Shown: one piece after another, positions 24,343-36,471 of the stretch
How the letters are laid out: each line of letters begins with the position of its first letter
Position numbering within the stretch: the stretch's first letter is position 1
Program-made: the position numbers and the translations under genes
Notes under the pieces: generated by a model
Seen by the model: only the letters and a program-made list of their open reading frames with translations
What the model was told of the DNA's origin: nothing
Databases searched by the model: none
Source: Lepidodermella squamata
Taxonomy: Eukaryota > Animalia > Gastrotricha
Assembly (NCBI GenBank): GCA_047495785.1
Contig: JBLDXI010000034.1
Location: 930,001 to 994,000 of the forward strand
Direction of reading: 5' to 3'
Length of the DNA stretch: 64,000 nucleotides

Positions 24343-24510
24343 TCTTACGCGATCAGCCTTGCCAACTCCGATCATTGTGTGCTCAGCGGGCAGACGTCTA
24401 GCAAACAGCTCACCGAGCTCACCCTTAGTCATCATTCATTTTTTTTTAATTGGTGATAATTTCTTTTTAATGGTGAACATATTATGGCAAAGCTAGCTAT
24501 CATTATGCCA
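24343..24510 (+). pseudogene. Inverted companion E' (upstream region + start of exon 1)
   Basis: GCCAACTCCGATCATTGTGTGCTCAGCGGGCAGACGTCT mirrors 24218-24255; ends at ATGGCAAAGCTAGCTATCATT. Confidence 0.65.
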
Positions 24511-24732
24511 ATCACCGTATTTTCCGTATTCCGTATTCGTATTTTCATTTTCGACTCGATAACGCTATGGGGCAGGGTGCGAAATACAGGGGCGCTGGGG
24601 TGTCGCGGCAACCCAGCTCCAGGACCAGAGGTATAGGCTGAAAAGAACCAAAGGGGGGGCCTTTGGTTTCTTCGGCTCGGTCCTAGAAAGTGAGGGGTTG
24701 TACCTTAGGTTTATCAGATATTGGGGCTAACT

Positions 24733-24887
24733 CAGGGCGCGAAGTATGAGGGGAATGAGGGGTAACATACCCCCAGTTCCGCAGACCAGAGTGGAAAAAT
24801 CCCCAGAAAACCACAGGGGGGACCCTTTGGTCCTAAAATTGGGGCCCAAAAATACCTCCTAGTTGGAGGATCCTACTTCGCGCACTG
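24733..24887. mobile_element. hAT-like MITE (related copies near 23336-23490, 24573-24690, 34381, 43663-43826, 59383-59532)
   Basis: TIRs CAGGGCGCGAAGTA / TACTTCGCGCACTG with 8-bp TSD GGCTAACT / GGCTAATT. Confidence 0.7.
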
Positions 24888-26886
24888 GGCTAATTAGCTC
24901 CTTATTCATTGTCCGTCCTATGTCCATCCTATGTCCTATTCCCGTCCAATCGGTTAGGGGTAGAGGATGAAAGGAGCAAAATGGGTAGATCAATGGTCGG
25001 AATGTCACTCAAGGTTGCAACGCTTCAATTTTGTTCGGAATTCGGGACATTTTTATTTGAATTCCCGGGTTTTTGGATTTCCCGCCAACTTCTATCATCC
25101 ATTATCTCCATAGATATGCAAACAATTATGTTTCAGTACAATAATTTTTCCTGTTAGTTTTTTGCACCGGATATTTTGCCTTTCACTCTTGTAATGAAGC
25201 CGGTATACATACATACATACGCGCTTATACACGAGCCACTTGGCTTCACGCGCCGGAACAAAGCGATTTGAGATTAAAACATAATATGAACGCTACACCG
25301 TGGTCAATGCCGATTTTTTCTCGCCTGTTTTATTCGGACGATGAGCTCGCAGTGGTGGGCACGCAGAAACCAAACACTGAGTAGCGAAATGAAGCGCGCA
25401 CGTTGCGGGTGGAAAAAAATGAAGCAGAACAAAAATAATAATAACAAAAATATTGATGCTGAAAATGATAATAAAGAAGAAGGCTGTATCATGATGATAA
25501 CGGTGAAACGGAAATTATGCCGCGATTGAAAATGCATAACGCTAAACGCTGGCTAATGAATATTACCAACGCGTTTCATTTACGTACTTGTGCCTGATGG
25601 CTGTTTTATGGGCGGGCAAATATCCATGTTTTAGCAACCCTGATAATAATAGAATCAATTGTTGGTCATTTTTTTAATAAATAGACCGAACTCGTATGTT
25701 TTAGATCAATAGATCGAGTTGACGAATCAAAATGCTTACACAATTTTAGTTAATTTTATAAAATTTATTTCCGATAATTTCAGGGTTTCGGATAATTATC
25801 CTTAATTAATTTCAAAATAATTGATTTTTTTGAGAAAATGAGGACATTTTATGTTTTAGCTAGGTGGGGAAACACCGTATAATGGTTTCCTAGATTGGTG
25901 ATACGGGAAAAAATCACTGATTTGTGAAATCGATACTTGGAATCGATGTCCGCTCTGGATGTTTGTGTAAACTGGCCAATCATCGCGAAAAATTCGGGTA
26001 ATACTAGTGATATCAATTAGTTAGGCTGGGTCATGAACACTTCAGATTATGTGAGCTTTTTTGGGGAAATCTAACTCTGGAGCCCCGAATTAAGTGCTAT
26101 AGACCTGAAACCATACTTACCTGAATTTCCTCACTATATATGAGCCTTTTTCGAAATCAAATTTAAATCGGCGTGGAGTGATTTAAGTTTGTTTTAAGCT
26201 AGAGAAGTTTTTTTGAATTTTTTTCGCAAAAAAAACTCTAGGATGAATCATACACCTATATAACTCAAGCACGCGAATTCATTGAAAACTGCTGCTGATA
26301 AAAAAATTTGCCTTCAGTTTTAAAATCAAGCAAGTCATTTCATTCGATTTAATACGACTTCCGTTCCAAGTCCTTTACTCATAGAATCACTCAATAAAAA
26401 TTGTTAAAATTAGCTATAAAATACCTTGAATGTCCCTGAACACCTTTAATGTGACATTATTTCCTAAATTGTATCTTTATCGAGGAAATTTGAAATTTTC
26501 TAAATTAATCCTTTCCAGCAATTATTTGAGCGAAATTCATTTTTAATCACCATAATCAATTTTTAGCATTTTCCAATCGTTTAATTTAATTTTCCAAGCG
26601 GTTTTAATAAAATAGGTTATGTAGGTAATAAAAGAATAGTTTTTGTCATTGCGAACTTACAAAGGTCACGAATTTCCTGTCCACGCGCAATTAATTAGCG
26701 TTTTATTATGCGTAGCGCTTAAAATTACTACAACTTCCTATTACACACTAAAAATTTAAAAAATTAACGTTAAATTTTAAACAGGATTGGTTCTTTTTTT
26801 CAAAATTACCTACTAAAATGTATTTTAAATGTATTTTTATTTAATTAACGAAAATTCCTTAATTTTTAGGAATTATTTTAGAAAAA

Positions 26887-27984
26887 ATGGGTAAAAATCA
26901 GTACATCTCGAATTTTCCCGCCGTCCCTATGTACCGAAGCTACGGATGCTCAACAGCTCTAAAAGTCTTTAAAGCAATAATTAGCCTGTTACTCCTCGCC
27001 ACAACTTGGTTCATCGCATTTCTACAAAATTGGAACAGCTTCCTAACCTGCATCGACTCCTCAATTTTCGGCATCGAACTACCCACCCAATCCTACCTAA
27101 CCGCCCTGAGTTCAGCCTATTTAATCGGAAACAATCGAACAGCCGATTTCGAAAATTGCCGATCAGAAAATTCGATTTCAATACTGCCGATTCGATTTCC
27201 TGTTGTCCTAACATCGCTACATGTCTGCATAACCTTTAGCCTTATTTCGAAATCGGCCTATGTTCGAAAGGCTGAATTCATCTGGACCGTCCTGATGTTC
27301 CTAATCGACGGATTTCTGCTATTCCTATCATCCATTGCGTTGCTGATTTACGTATCGAATCAAAATTTGGCACTCGGCCAAATCGATATCGCCAAATTCC
27401 TAATCGAATTCAAATCAGGCTATTACAGCCTAGAAATTTCCTATTTAATCCTAATTGATCTAGGATTATGCTTCATCGCATTCACGCTTCATCTACTCCA
27501 ATCTGTTAATTTGAAGCCGATTTCAAGTTATCAAGCAGTGTTTCCAGAGAGGACTGGAGGGTTTGTCTACCGGCCAAAGTGCCTTCAGTCGTACAGCTTC
27601 GCGGTTTTTTCGAAATTTATCCAACGATTACTGCCGATTTTCGCCTCTAATTTCGGCGTAATTTACGCGTTTCAATCAATTTACGGCCTCGCAGTGCGTG
27701 AAAATTCGTTTGACCCACTTATTGACCTCGCCGCGGCCGTAATTATGCTGTGGCATGCGGTTTTAGCCTCGGCCGTTCTACCAGCGTCGCATTGCTACAA
27801 AAGTCCTTACCATGGTAAGGCTACGCTGGTAATTTTCGTGCTTGAAACGCTGGTGCTAAGCTGCGCTGTGGCTGGGCTTGTTTTTCTATGGATTCAACGT
27901 GTTTACCTTAGCTGTTGCATCGGCTACATTGCGGTGGTTAATCTTCTCGTGTGGCTGATTGATTTCGGCCTTCATCAGTTCTGA
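26887..27984 (+). CDS. Orphan multi-pass (~8 TM) membrane protein, paralog 1
   Basis: 365-aa ORF with many hydrophobic segments; shares EFIW/EYIV, PKCLQ, WH-x6-LP-x4-YK and W-x2-DF-x-LH-x-F with the 29.3 and 44 kb genes. Confidence 0.85.
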   Translation: MGKNQYISNFPAVPMYRSYGCSTALKVFKAIISLLLLATTWFIAFLQNWNSFLTCIDSSIFGIELPTQSYLTALSSAYLIGNNRTADFENCRSENSISILPIRFPVVLTSLHVCITFSLISKSAYVRKAEFIWTVLMFLIDGFLLFLSSIALLIYVSNQNLALGQIDIAKFLIEFKSGYYSLEISYLILIDLGLCFIAFTLHLLQSVNLKPISSYQAVFPERTGGFVYRPKCLQSYSFAVFSKFIQRLLPIFASNFGVIYAFQSIYGLAVRENSFDPLIDLAAAVIMLWHAVLASAVLPASHCYKSPYHGKATLVIFVLETLVLSCAVAGLVFLWIQRVYLSCCIGYIAVVNLLVWLIDFGLHQF

Positions 27985-29309
27985 GTGGAAAAAACGGATG
28001 AGGAAAAACCGATATTATTATTATTATTATCATTACTGTACTTTAACCTAAATGTGTGCGCGTTTATGTTATTATTAGATGATATTATGTTACGGTTGAA
28101 ATAAAAGTGAGAAGATATTATTATTCTTACCTATATTGGCATTTTTACCTATAAGCTATTAAGGTCAGAAAATATCGCCAAAATAAGCTACAGCGCCTCT
28201 TTTTTCCGAGGCGAGAAACCACGATTTTTTATAGACGTAATAGGATGAATTTTACAAACTTCAAAATATTCCAAGATATTGGGAATTCAAAGGATTCATA
28301 GTCCGAATTTCAATTTTTCTGGTTTCTACGTAATTCAAATTTTTTTGAATTTTTTAAATTCTATACAGCTTGTCCTATATTAGGTGCGTTTTTTTACTCA
28401 AGTTCTCAATTTTCGCAGGAAATTCAATTTTTTTAAATTTAATTCTAGATCCTACGACTTTTTCGTCCTTCAATGGCAGTTTTGCCGAAGAAATTGAAAG
28501 TTTACCAGAGAATACCCGGAAAACCCCGACGGTAATTACTTTGGTATTTTTTCGGTATTCAGTATTTCGGAATACGGGTGGGAAACTTCAAAAATGACAT
28601 TGGAAGTCGCACCGCACATGACAAGGAAAAATAGAATAATCTAAAATGTCATAAGAAAATTATTCAAGTAAGACTCTTATGAATGGGATTTAAGGATCCG
28701 AAGAAATTTAATCGACCCAGGTGAAAACCGAAAATTACCGGACCAGTACCGAACTGGGCTTTCAGAGCTGCTTTCTCCAGTAAATTTTTCATTCCTTCCC
28801 GTAAAATCGAGGATAAATGATGGATGTTTCCCTAAGCGGGTTATTCTTCGAAAAATTACTTGAATTCATAACAAAAATCCAAGATTCCAAATGGTCACCC
28901 AACTCTTGTGGCTAGCTGTAATTCAATGCAGGACATTGAATCGAAACAATTTTTTTGTTAATAATTAATTAAATTAAATGAAATAAAAAAATATATATTA
29001 AATTGAATTATTTATAAAACAAAATCGGGGAGTCTCAACATTTTCCGTAAAATTTTTATAAATTTTTCAAAAGACGTAGTAAGGAAGCGAAAATAACCCC
29101 AAAAGTTGGAAAGCTATAAAAAATTTAAATTTCAAAAATTAAATGGATTTTTTTCATCATCGTTGTTGAAGTTTTGAAGCAGGTTTCAAATCGTGCAAAT
29201 AATTATTAAGAAATATCTGAAAATTTCGAAAATTGTCCTAATTCATTCATCCATGATAATTGATCCTAAATAGCTAATTACTGTTTTTTTTATTGTATTT
29301 TAGAAAATT

Positions 29310-30469
29310 ATGGAGCTGATTCCTATTTTTCGAAATAACATTTTATCGATATTTCTGAAAATTTTCAAATGCATTTTCGGAATTATACATATATCCTTAC
29401 TTCTCAAAGCCGCCTACGACAGCTACGTATTCTGCACCTGGGATTGCACGGATGAATTTGACCTAGTTCTACGCCACCCAACTTGGGACAAATTCAAATT
29501 AATCCCTCTGAATCACACCAGAAGAGACTTTGCAGAATCAATTCTACTCCAAGCCCACGGCAGCCAAGACATCGCTGACGAAATCGACGAACAAGAAGCC
29601 TTCAAACGCGTCCACAAATTCCGCCGGCTTTGCAGTCGAAAATGCAACGAACCGGCTAAAATTTTGATTTTCCCATTTCTGGCCGGCATTTTCGATAGCT
29701 ATCTCAATTTCGGCCTAGCTGGTGAGTCGTTATTTCTGCACGATCACGAATTTATTTGGCTAACGAGTTTTTACCTGGTCGATCTATTCGGGCTAATCGC
29801 ATCATTAATCTGCCAATTGTCCTTCTTTCGCATCGACGACGATCCATTTATAAGTTTGAAAATAATTTTTCCAGAAATTTTTAGTGTCCCAATTTTTTTG
29901 TAGATTTTTCGGTGGTTTCAACCGAAATTTTGCTGATTTTCCATCTGCTGCAAGGCGTCAATATCAAACCCTACTCGAGTTCAGTTAAAATTCCGGCTCT
30001 TAGCGGGCAGCACGTCTACCACCCGAAATGCCTTCAAAGCTACAAATTTTCGGTTTCTCTCAAATTTTTCGTCACATTTTTCGCGGCTTTGTGCAGCGCG
30101 TTTTCAGTCACCTTGTCGCTGCTTGACCTTTACGATAATTACCACGGCGATGATACATCGAAATTTCCTCAATGGCCTAAGCTTGATTTAATAACGGCGA
30201 TTTTCCTATTTTGGCACGCTATCTCAGCTGCAGCTATCCTACCGGCTTGTAATGTTTACAAGAACAAGGCCGAGGCGAAAATGACGTTTGGTTTCTACGT
30301 CGTTCAGACACTGGCGTTTTTGGGCTATTTCGGCTTTTTGTTCTACCAATGGCGGCATCGCAGCTGGTTCAATCTCGCGTATTTAGGCATGCTGAATGCT
30401 GCGATTTGGTTCGTCGATTTTCGCCTTCATTCGTTTCCTAATGACTGTTGCCCTAAATTATGCTTCTGA
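29310..30469 (+). CDS. Orphan multi-pass membrane protein, paralog 2; frame break near 29893-29903
   Basis: The two ORFs are the N- and C-halves of one paralog; one extra T in the T7 run, or a 50-nt intron 29854-29903, restores the frame. Confidence 0.75.
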
Positions 30470-30686
30470 TTCGAAAGACATTAACCCGCAACCTGACTGA
30501 TAGTAAAATAAATTTAGAAAAATTGATAAAAACAGATGGAAGTTCCACGTATCGAATATATAGGAAATCGAGCCGTTTGTGAGGAAGTTTTCGGCTGCTT
30601 TTATTTATTTATTTATTTAAGAGCTCAAGTCCGTAGCCGAACGCTCACAACAATGTTAATCGGGCAATCCAATCTTAGCCGGCAGA

Positions 30687-31010
30687 TTAATCAGAGTCAT
30701 ATTCAGTCCATTTGTCAATTTGTGTATTTTGGTAAATTTTGCTTTCAAGCAGGATTAATTCCAAGTCGTGGGGCATTTTCCGTTGCTTCCAACATCGCTT
30801 CCCGCACTTCGAAACCAGCTTTTCGAAAGAAACTATGAAAACTATGAAGCTTCTGAAGAAGACTAACCAGCCAAAATAGCCAATTTGAATTGCCTCAGGA
30901 ATTAGGAATAAGATTGAACAGCGAATTCGATTAAAAAAGTTAACTGTGATTGAAGCCAAAAGGAATCCCATAGCCAATGAATCATTAACCTGCGGACATT
31001 GACACTAAAA
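30687..31010 (-). pseudogene. 3' fragment of a convergent membrane-protein gene truncated at the palindrome centre
   Basis: Hydrophobic ORF with QIGYFGWLVFF resembling LGYFGFLFY of paralog 2; no 5' part present. Confidence 0.45.
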
Positions 31011-31579
31011 ACCAGAAACATCGCTCATCCACATTTTTAGGGTGGATCTTCAACAACTTTTGTACAGCCTACCGAAAAATGTGGATGAGCGATGTTTCTG
31101 GTTTTTAGTGTCAATGTCCGCAGGTTAATGATTCATTGGCTATGGGATTCCTTTTGGCTTCAATCACAGTTAACTTTTTTAATCGAATTCGCTGTTCAAT
31201 CTTATTCCTAATTCCTGAGGCAATTCATTGTATAGGCCTTCTAAACCCATGCTTGGAACCCGTCCCCAGGCCGAGATGTGACTCCAATGAAACAAAATTG
31301 GCTATTTTGGCTGGTTAGTCTTCTTCAGAAGCTTCATAGTTTTCATAGTTTCTTTCGAAAAGCTGGTTTCGAAGTGCGGGAAGCGATGTTGGAAGCAACG
31401 GAAAATGCCCCACGACTTGGAATTAATCCGGCTTGAAAGCAGCCGAAAAATGTCTCGCAAACGGCTCGATTTCCTATATTATCCTATACCTGGAACTTCC
31501 CTCTGTTTTTATTTTACTAACTTCAATTTTTTTAAATTTATTTTACTATCAGTCAGGTTGCGTGTATATGTCATTCAAA

Positions 31580-31997
31580 TCAGAAGCATAATTTAGGGCA
31601 ACAGTCATTAGGAAACGAATGAAGGCGAAAATCGACGAACCAAATCGCAGCATTCAGCATGCCTAAATACGCGAGATTGAACCAGCTGCGATGCCGCCAT
31701 TGGTAGAACAAAAAGCCGAAATAGCCCAAAAACGCCAGTGTCTGAACGACGTAGAAACCAAACGTCATTTTCGCCTCGGCCTTGTTCTTGTAAACATTAC
31801 AAGCCGGTAGGATAGCTGCAGCTGAGATAGCGTGCCAAAATAGGAAAATCGCCGTTATTAAATCAAGCTTAGGCCATTGAGGAAATTTCGATGTATCCTC
31901 GCCGTGGTAATTATCGTATAGGTCAAGCAGCGACGGGGTGATCGAAATCGAGCTGCAAATCGCCGCGAAAAATGTGACGAAAAATATGAGAGAAACG
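31580..31997 (-). pseudogene. Inverted duplicate of the 3' third of membrane paralog 2
   Basis: Near-identical C-terminal sequence (...HSFPNDCCPKLCF) without the 5' portion. Confidence 0.8.
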
Positions 31998-32487
31998 TGA
32001 ATGAAAAGGCAATAACAAAAGACTTTGTACTTGTAGCCTCTAACCTTCAAACTGACGTTAGCAACCGCGTTAATCCGATATATTCATTGCATTTTTTCAT
32101 GCGATTTTCTCGCATCAAAATTATTGATTTTTTTTCCTGTCCAGCTGAAAAGTGGCTAGTGTCGAGTCCCAAGTAAAATTTGGGGGTGGGTTGGGGTTGG
32201 TTGACAGTGGCTAGATAAACCCTTGTGCACCAGCTTCTAGGGCCGCCTCGTCTATCAGCTACATACTCACTCAATTGCAGAAAAGGTAGTTGCTATGCTT
32301 TTATCAGATGTTTCAGAACTTCTTTTGGTGAAAGCATGAGATATCACCACTCATATTATTCTTTGCAAAAAATGGCGCTCGACAAAAGTCGGGAAAGTGG
32401 CGTTAATAGCGACACTTTTATCACCCTTATCTATGCTGTGCCGTGCAATTTTCCGTGGCAGTTTTGAAAAATTACAACTTATCAAAG

Positions 32488-33795
32488 ATGGGTAATTCAT
32501 ACGCATTTCTCAAAGCAGAGCAGCATACCTGGAACGAGCATACATTGCTGTACGATCATAAAGTTCGGTCTGCAAATCTGCCTCTTGTTGCATCGTTCAA
32601 AAATGCAACACCGCTACTCCTGGCTTACACTGAATCAAGTTGGGGAGGATTAGCTTATCAGCACTGGTTCATCACTGACAATACCAATTATCTTGAATTC
32701 GGCAGTGCAAACCTTGATATATACTCAGCTCGCGTAGCAATTAACACTAATCCGCGGTCATTCACTATCGAAAGACGAACGCTAATGAATGACGAAATCC
32801 GTCTAAGAATGAAGCAGATTGTAGGCATGAGGAACTATTCGTTATGCCTAAGAAACTGCGAGCACGTCGCAAAGTTTGTTTTCGACGCGCGATGGGAGAG
32901 CCAGCAGCTATACCCAAAAGGTGGTTTGATGAAGACATTTCGCAGTTATTTCTTACACAATGCCAAGAGCATGGTAAACTCGGTACCAATTGCAATACGT
33001 CCATTCCGCTTCAGCGATGCGAAGGTTCCGATGTATTCATTTTTTAAGATGGGTTTCCAAGCGACGGGCATCGACTTCTACCTGGACAGCGCTGAAGAAA
33101 CGTACAACATCGCAGTTTTTGGCCCAACTGGAGCTGGAAAGTCTCATCTTATCAATGTGTTGTTCAATCAGAAGAATCTATGTGTTTCAGAGGCAGGACA
33201 TGCTTCTGTTACTAGGGAGATATACTTTGTTCGCGGGCGTGGAGAAATTTTCGATGTTGACAGGCAACAATCGCAAATGCGTAACATCACGATTGCAGAT
33301 ACTGTTGGATTTTGCGACACCAACTGGGATGACGAGGCGATTCTTCGCCTTATCGAAGGTCGGATCAGTGCGAACATGCGTTACTTAAACGCTGTTATCA
33401 TTGTTTTCAAAGCAGACCGACTTGAGCCGAAACACGTTGAAAATATCAAGCACATTCTGAAATGGCTAAAGTATGGAAGGAATACTTTTACAAGATTCAT
33501 TTTCGTCAGCACCAAGGCTGATTTTCTAAGTGATGCCGAAATCGAAAGGCTGAGAGAACAAGCAACCGCGATGCTAGGGATTTCATATGTGGAACGGCTA
33601 TATAACATAAAGAATGGAAGAGTCGAGATACAGACCGTTATGTATACAGGATTTGGTCCTGAGGAACAACTTAGCATTGTTGGCCTTAATCGTGTGAATA
33701 AGAGCCTGAAGCAAATTACACAAGCCTTGTCACTCCCGTCAGACAACCAGGATCGGATTCAAATTCCTCAAGAACGTCAATGCAGCATATTATGA
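32488..33795 (+). CDS. LRAT/PLAAT-like (permuted NlpC/P60) domain fused to an AIG1/GIMAP-like P-loop GTPase, with C-terminal CaaX box; intronless, 435 aa
   Basis: YQHWF and NYSLCLRNCEHVA (LRAT His and NCEH boxes); G1 GPTGAGKS, G2 SVT, G3 DTVG, G4 TKAD; ends CSIL*; first ATG gives MGNSYA. Confidence 0.85.
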   Translation: MGNSYAFLKAEQHTWNEHTLLYDHKVRSANLPLVASFKNATPLLLAYTESSWGGLAYQHWFITDNTNYLEFGSANLDIYSARVAINTNPRSFTIERRTLMNDEIRLRMKQIVGMRNYSLCLRNCEHVAKFVFDARWESQQLYPKGGLMKTFRSYFLHNAKSMVNSVPIAIRPFRFSDAKVPMYSFFKMGFQATGIDFYLDSAEETYNIAVFGPTGAGKSHLINVLFNQKNLCVSEAGHASVTREIYFVRGRGEIFDVDRQQSQMRNITIADTVGFCDTNWDDEAILRLIEGRISANMRYLNAVIIVFKADRLEPKHVENIKHILKWLKYGRNTFTRFIFVSTKADFLSDAEIERLREQATAMLGISYVERLYNIKNGRVEIQTVMYTGFGPEEQLSIVGLNRVNKSLKQITQALSLPSDNQDRIQIPQERQCSIL

Positions 33796-34138
33796 CACTT
33801 GTATAAGAAAATGTAGTTATCCAAAATCCAAAGGAGATATTATTTGGAAGTCGTGCGCATTATATTTCATATGCATTATGAACGTCTATTTAACTTTTAA
33901 CGCTAATTTACAAGCGCGTCATTGTCAAAGATTAAATATAACTTTGCATCCCGCAAGTGTCCGGCAGCTTTCCGCCCAAGTGCGGGATGACCTGCGGGAT
34001 GAAGTGCGGGATGTAGTCTTTACTTATCCGATTATCCGAACCGTCAAGCCGTCAAGCTTGAACATATGAATCAACGCACTCAAACCTCTGATAATAAAAT
34101 ACAATAATCATGCCGCCATAACTCAGCAGCTGAAATTA

Positions 34139-34371
34139 GACTGACTTTGAACGCAATTTCAGCGCGAACCAAGTATCGCCGGTCAATAAATCTTATAACG
34201 GCGGATAGCCCTCGAAATTCTGTACAAACCATTCGCGGCCGCTGACTATATTCGCCGCCGATCGTATCGAAATCGGCTTCAGAAATCGCGATATTGGCCT
34301 TGGCCGCACGCCAATTTGACTGACTTTGCACTTAATTTCAGCGCGAACCAAGTATCGCCGGTCAATAAATC
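34139..34371 (+). repeat. ~50-bp direct repeat pair
   Basis: GACTGACTTTG...AATTTCAGCGCGAACCAAGTATCGCCGGTCAATAAATC near 34139 and 34318. Confidence 0.6.
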
Positions 34372-35714
34372 CGGCCAATCAGTGTGCGAAGTAGGATTTT
34401 CGAGCTGGTGTGTTCCTATGTTAAGCGCCACAAAAATTGCGAACTCGACATGGAGGAAAATTAGCTGTAATTTTAACCCATGAAACGAGCGAAGCGAAAA
34501 ATGTTACCGATTTTTTCGGTAAGAAAGGGTTTCAAACCCTCCTAACAATGACTGTTACAGAATAAACTTTTATTAATTTCCCATTGTCACATTCTTATTT
34601 GGCTAAATAAGCGCCCTTTATTTACGAAACTAAAAAATGTCAAATTAGCAGCTTTTGCAGTCATAATCGAAATGCCGGTTAGACGCAACAATGGTCTTAG
34701 TCATGGATTGCGCCAGATCCATTAGCAATGCTGGATTTCTAAAACAGTGCTCCGCAAAATTTGTTACTGCCGGCCATTTTGGCGGCTGGCAAGCCACGGA
34801 ATTATCTACTATCTTACAAGCTCGAAATCAACAAAATTTCGGTTTCAATCAACTCAAGACGCTAAAAAGCAATGCTGGAACTGACAGGATTGAGAATAAA
34901 GTGCTGCATATCTCAACATTACCAGCAATTTCGGGCATACATACGAGCGGAGCGAGAAATTTTTCGAAAATTTACTCTGAAGAAGGGTCTGAAATATCAT
35001 AAAAACGGCAAGGCAATGAGATAAATGAGATAATGCGGAGCACTGCTCTAAAACAAATGGTTTCTATAACAATTACTATTAGGGTCGATAGTCGAACGTT
35101 GAATTAGCCACCGTTGCAAAATCCCCATTACAACCTTAAACCCGAATGCGAGCGCAGCGAGCTTTTGCTGTGAGCTTTTTGAAGATTGAGTGTCAGGAAT
35201 AGCCGGAAACAGCCATTGTGTCCTCACTGTGGAACCAAAAAAGGCTCTTATTATTTTTTTAGAAAATCCAATAAATGACGGAAGATGAGAAAAACAATTT
35301 TTTCATGCGAATAGTGTATGACCACGGTCGCCGACCGCTCCGACCACCTCCACCACCATGACGCATTGAACAGCAAAAAAAGTGGACTTTGACACTGCAA
35401 ATCCAGACTAAGATGTTAGGTCGAGATTGCCCTGACCGCATAAAACCCCTTCTGTCGCAAACGAAACCTAGCGTGGATGTGGTTGCGTCGTAACTCATCG
35501 CTAGAAATTGCCAGTTGAGACCCGGCGCGCACTGGTTGTCGCCTGAAGCGAACGGCCTTACAGAGAATACGCGATTCGCATAAGCACTGAATCCTAACCC
35601 GGTCTTTTCAGGAGAATACTGCAATACTACCCTGCCGTCTGATGCGAGCGTGGCGAAAAACGAGATGGTGTAGCTGCCAGTCGCCAGTTTGAGCTTCTCG
35701 CCATTCACAATGTA

Positions 35715-36471
35715 CAGTGCTCATAAGAAGTCATGTCAACTGAAGAAAAGAGGCACGCGCCGCCAAAATTTTCGAAAAAATTTTTTGCACGTGCCAGCGT
35801 GTTATTTACGCAAAATTATCACTAAATTTCATCAAGTCAATAGTAAAAGACCTAAAAAGAGTAGATTGACAATGAGAGTAAAAAACATTGGTGATGAATC
35901 TCGCCAAATATTATACCAATCCACCTAATCCACCTAATCCGCCTAATCCACCTAATTCGCCTTTACTGAGAGCTAAGAATTATGGTTTTCAGCTTTGAGG
36001 AGCTAGCTGTAGGTTTAAGGACGCCAAATCGCTGACTCAGGGAAAGATCAACAGTGAATAGACAAATAATATTTGGCTAAAGTTAATTGGTTTGAATCTA
36101 AAATGTGATGACACTGGCCCACACCAAAAAGCTTTCCAAATGAGCTTTGAAGATGGCGAAGATTGAGGGATATTACAAAATTGGAATTAAAATAGAACGA
36201 TGAATGGAGCGATAATTCAATTTGAGGAGAGATAATCGGTAATCGATCATAAAACAAAAATATTTAATTTTATCTAGCAAAAAAAAACTGCCTCTTAAAT
36301 AAAAAATTTCCGCTACAAAGCTTGTTCAAATGTATGAGATTGTGTAGTTTATGTGTTAGTATTTCATTTAAGCCGGGGCCGTGTTTAAAGAACATGTGCA
36401 AAATGTATGAATTCATGGACTTGGCACGTGCCAGTGTTCAGCTACTATGACATGACTTTTTCATGGCTCTG
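35715..36471. mobile_element. Tc1/mariner-type MITE inserted in a coding exon
   Basis: TIRs CAGTGCTCATAAGAAGTCATGTCA / TGACATGACTTTTTCATGGCTCTG with TA duplication; removal restores WDQ-Y-IVNGEK in frame. Confidence 0.85.

Larger units (their letters stand above)
30052..31997. repeat. ~1-kb-arm inverted duplication (arms ~30052-31038 and ~31075-31997)
   Basis: ORFs 29912-30469(+)/31580-32050(-) and 30687-30977(-)/31136-31318(+) are mirror images; arms differ by indels such as a ~65-bp insert near 31228-31296. Confidence 0.92.

Noticed and set aside
27940-27984. C-terminal QF suggesting an insect-type gustatory receptor
   Set aside because: The TY of the TYxxxxxQF motif is missing and the paralogs have SF.
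32443-32487. Upstream GTG start of the LRAT-GTPase ORF
   Set aside because: Eukaryotic gene; first ATG is at 32488.
35715-36471. MITE acting as a perfectly spliced introner
   Set aside because: The available GT/AG pairs at its ends give a stop or frameshift; only a weak site pair would restore the frame.
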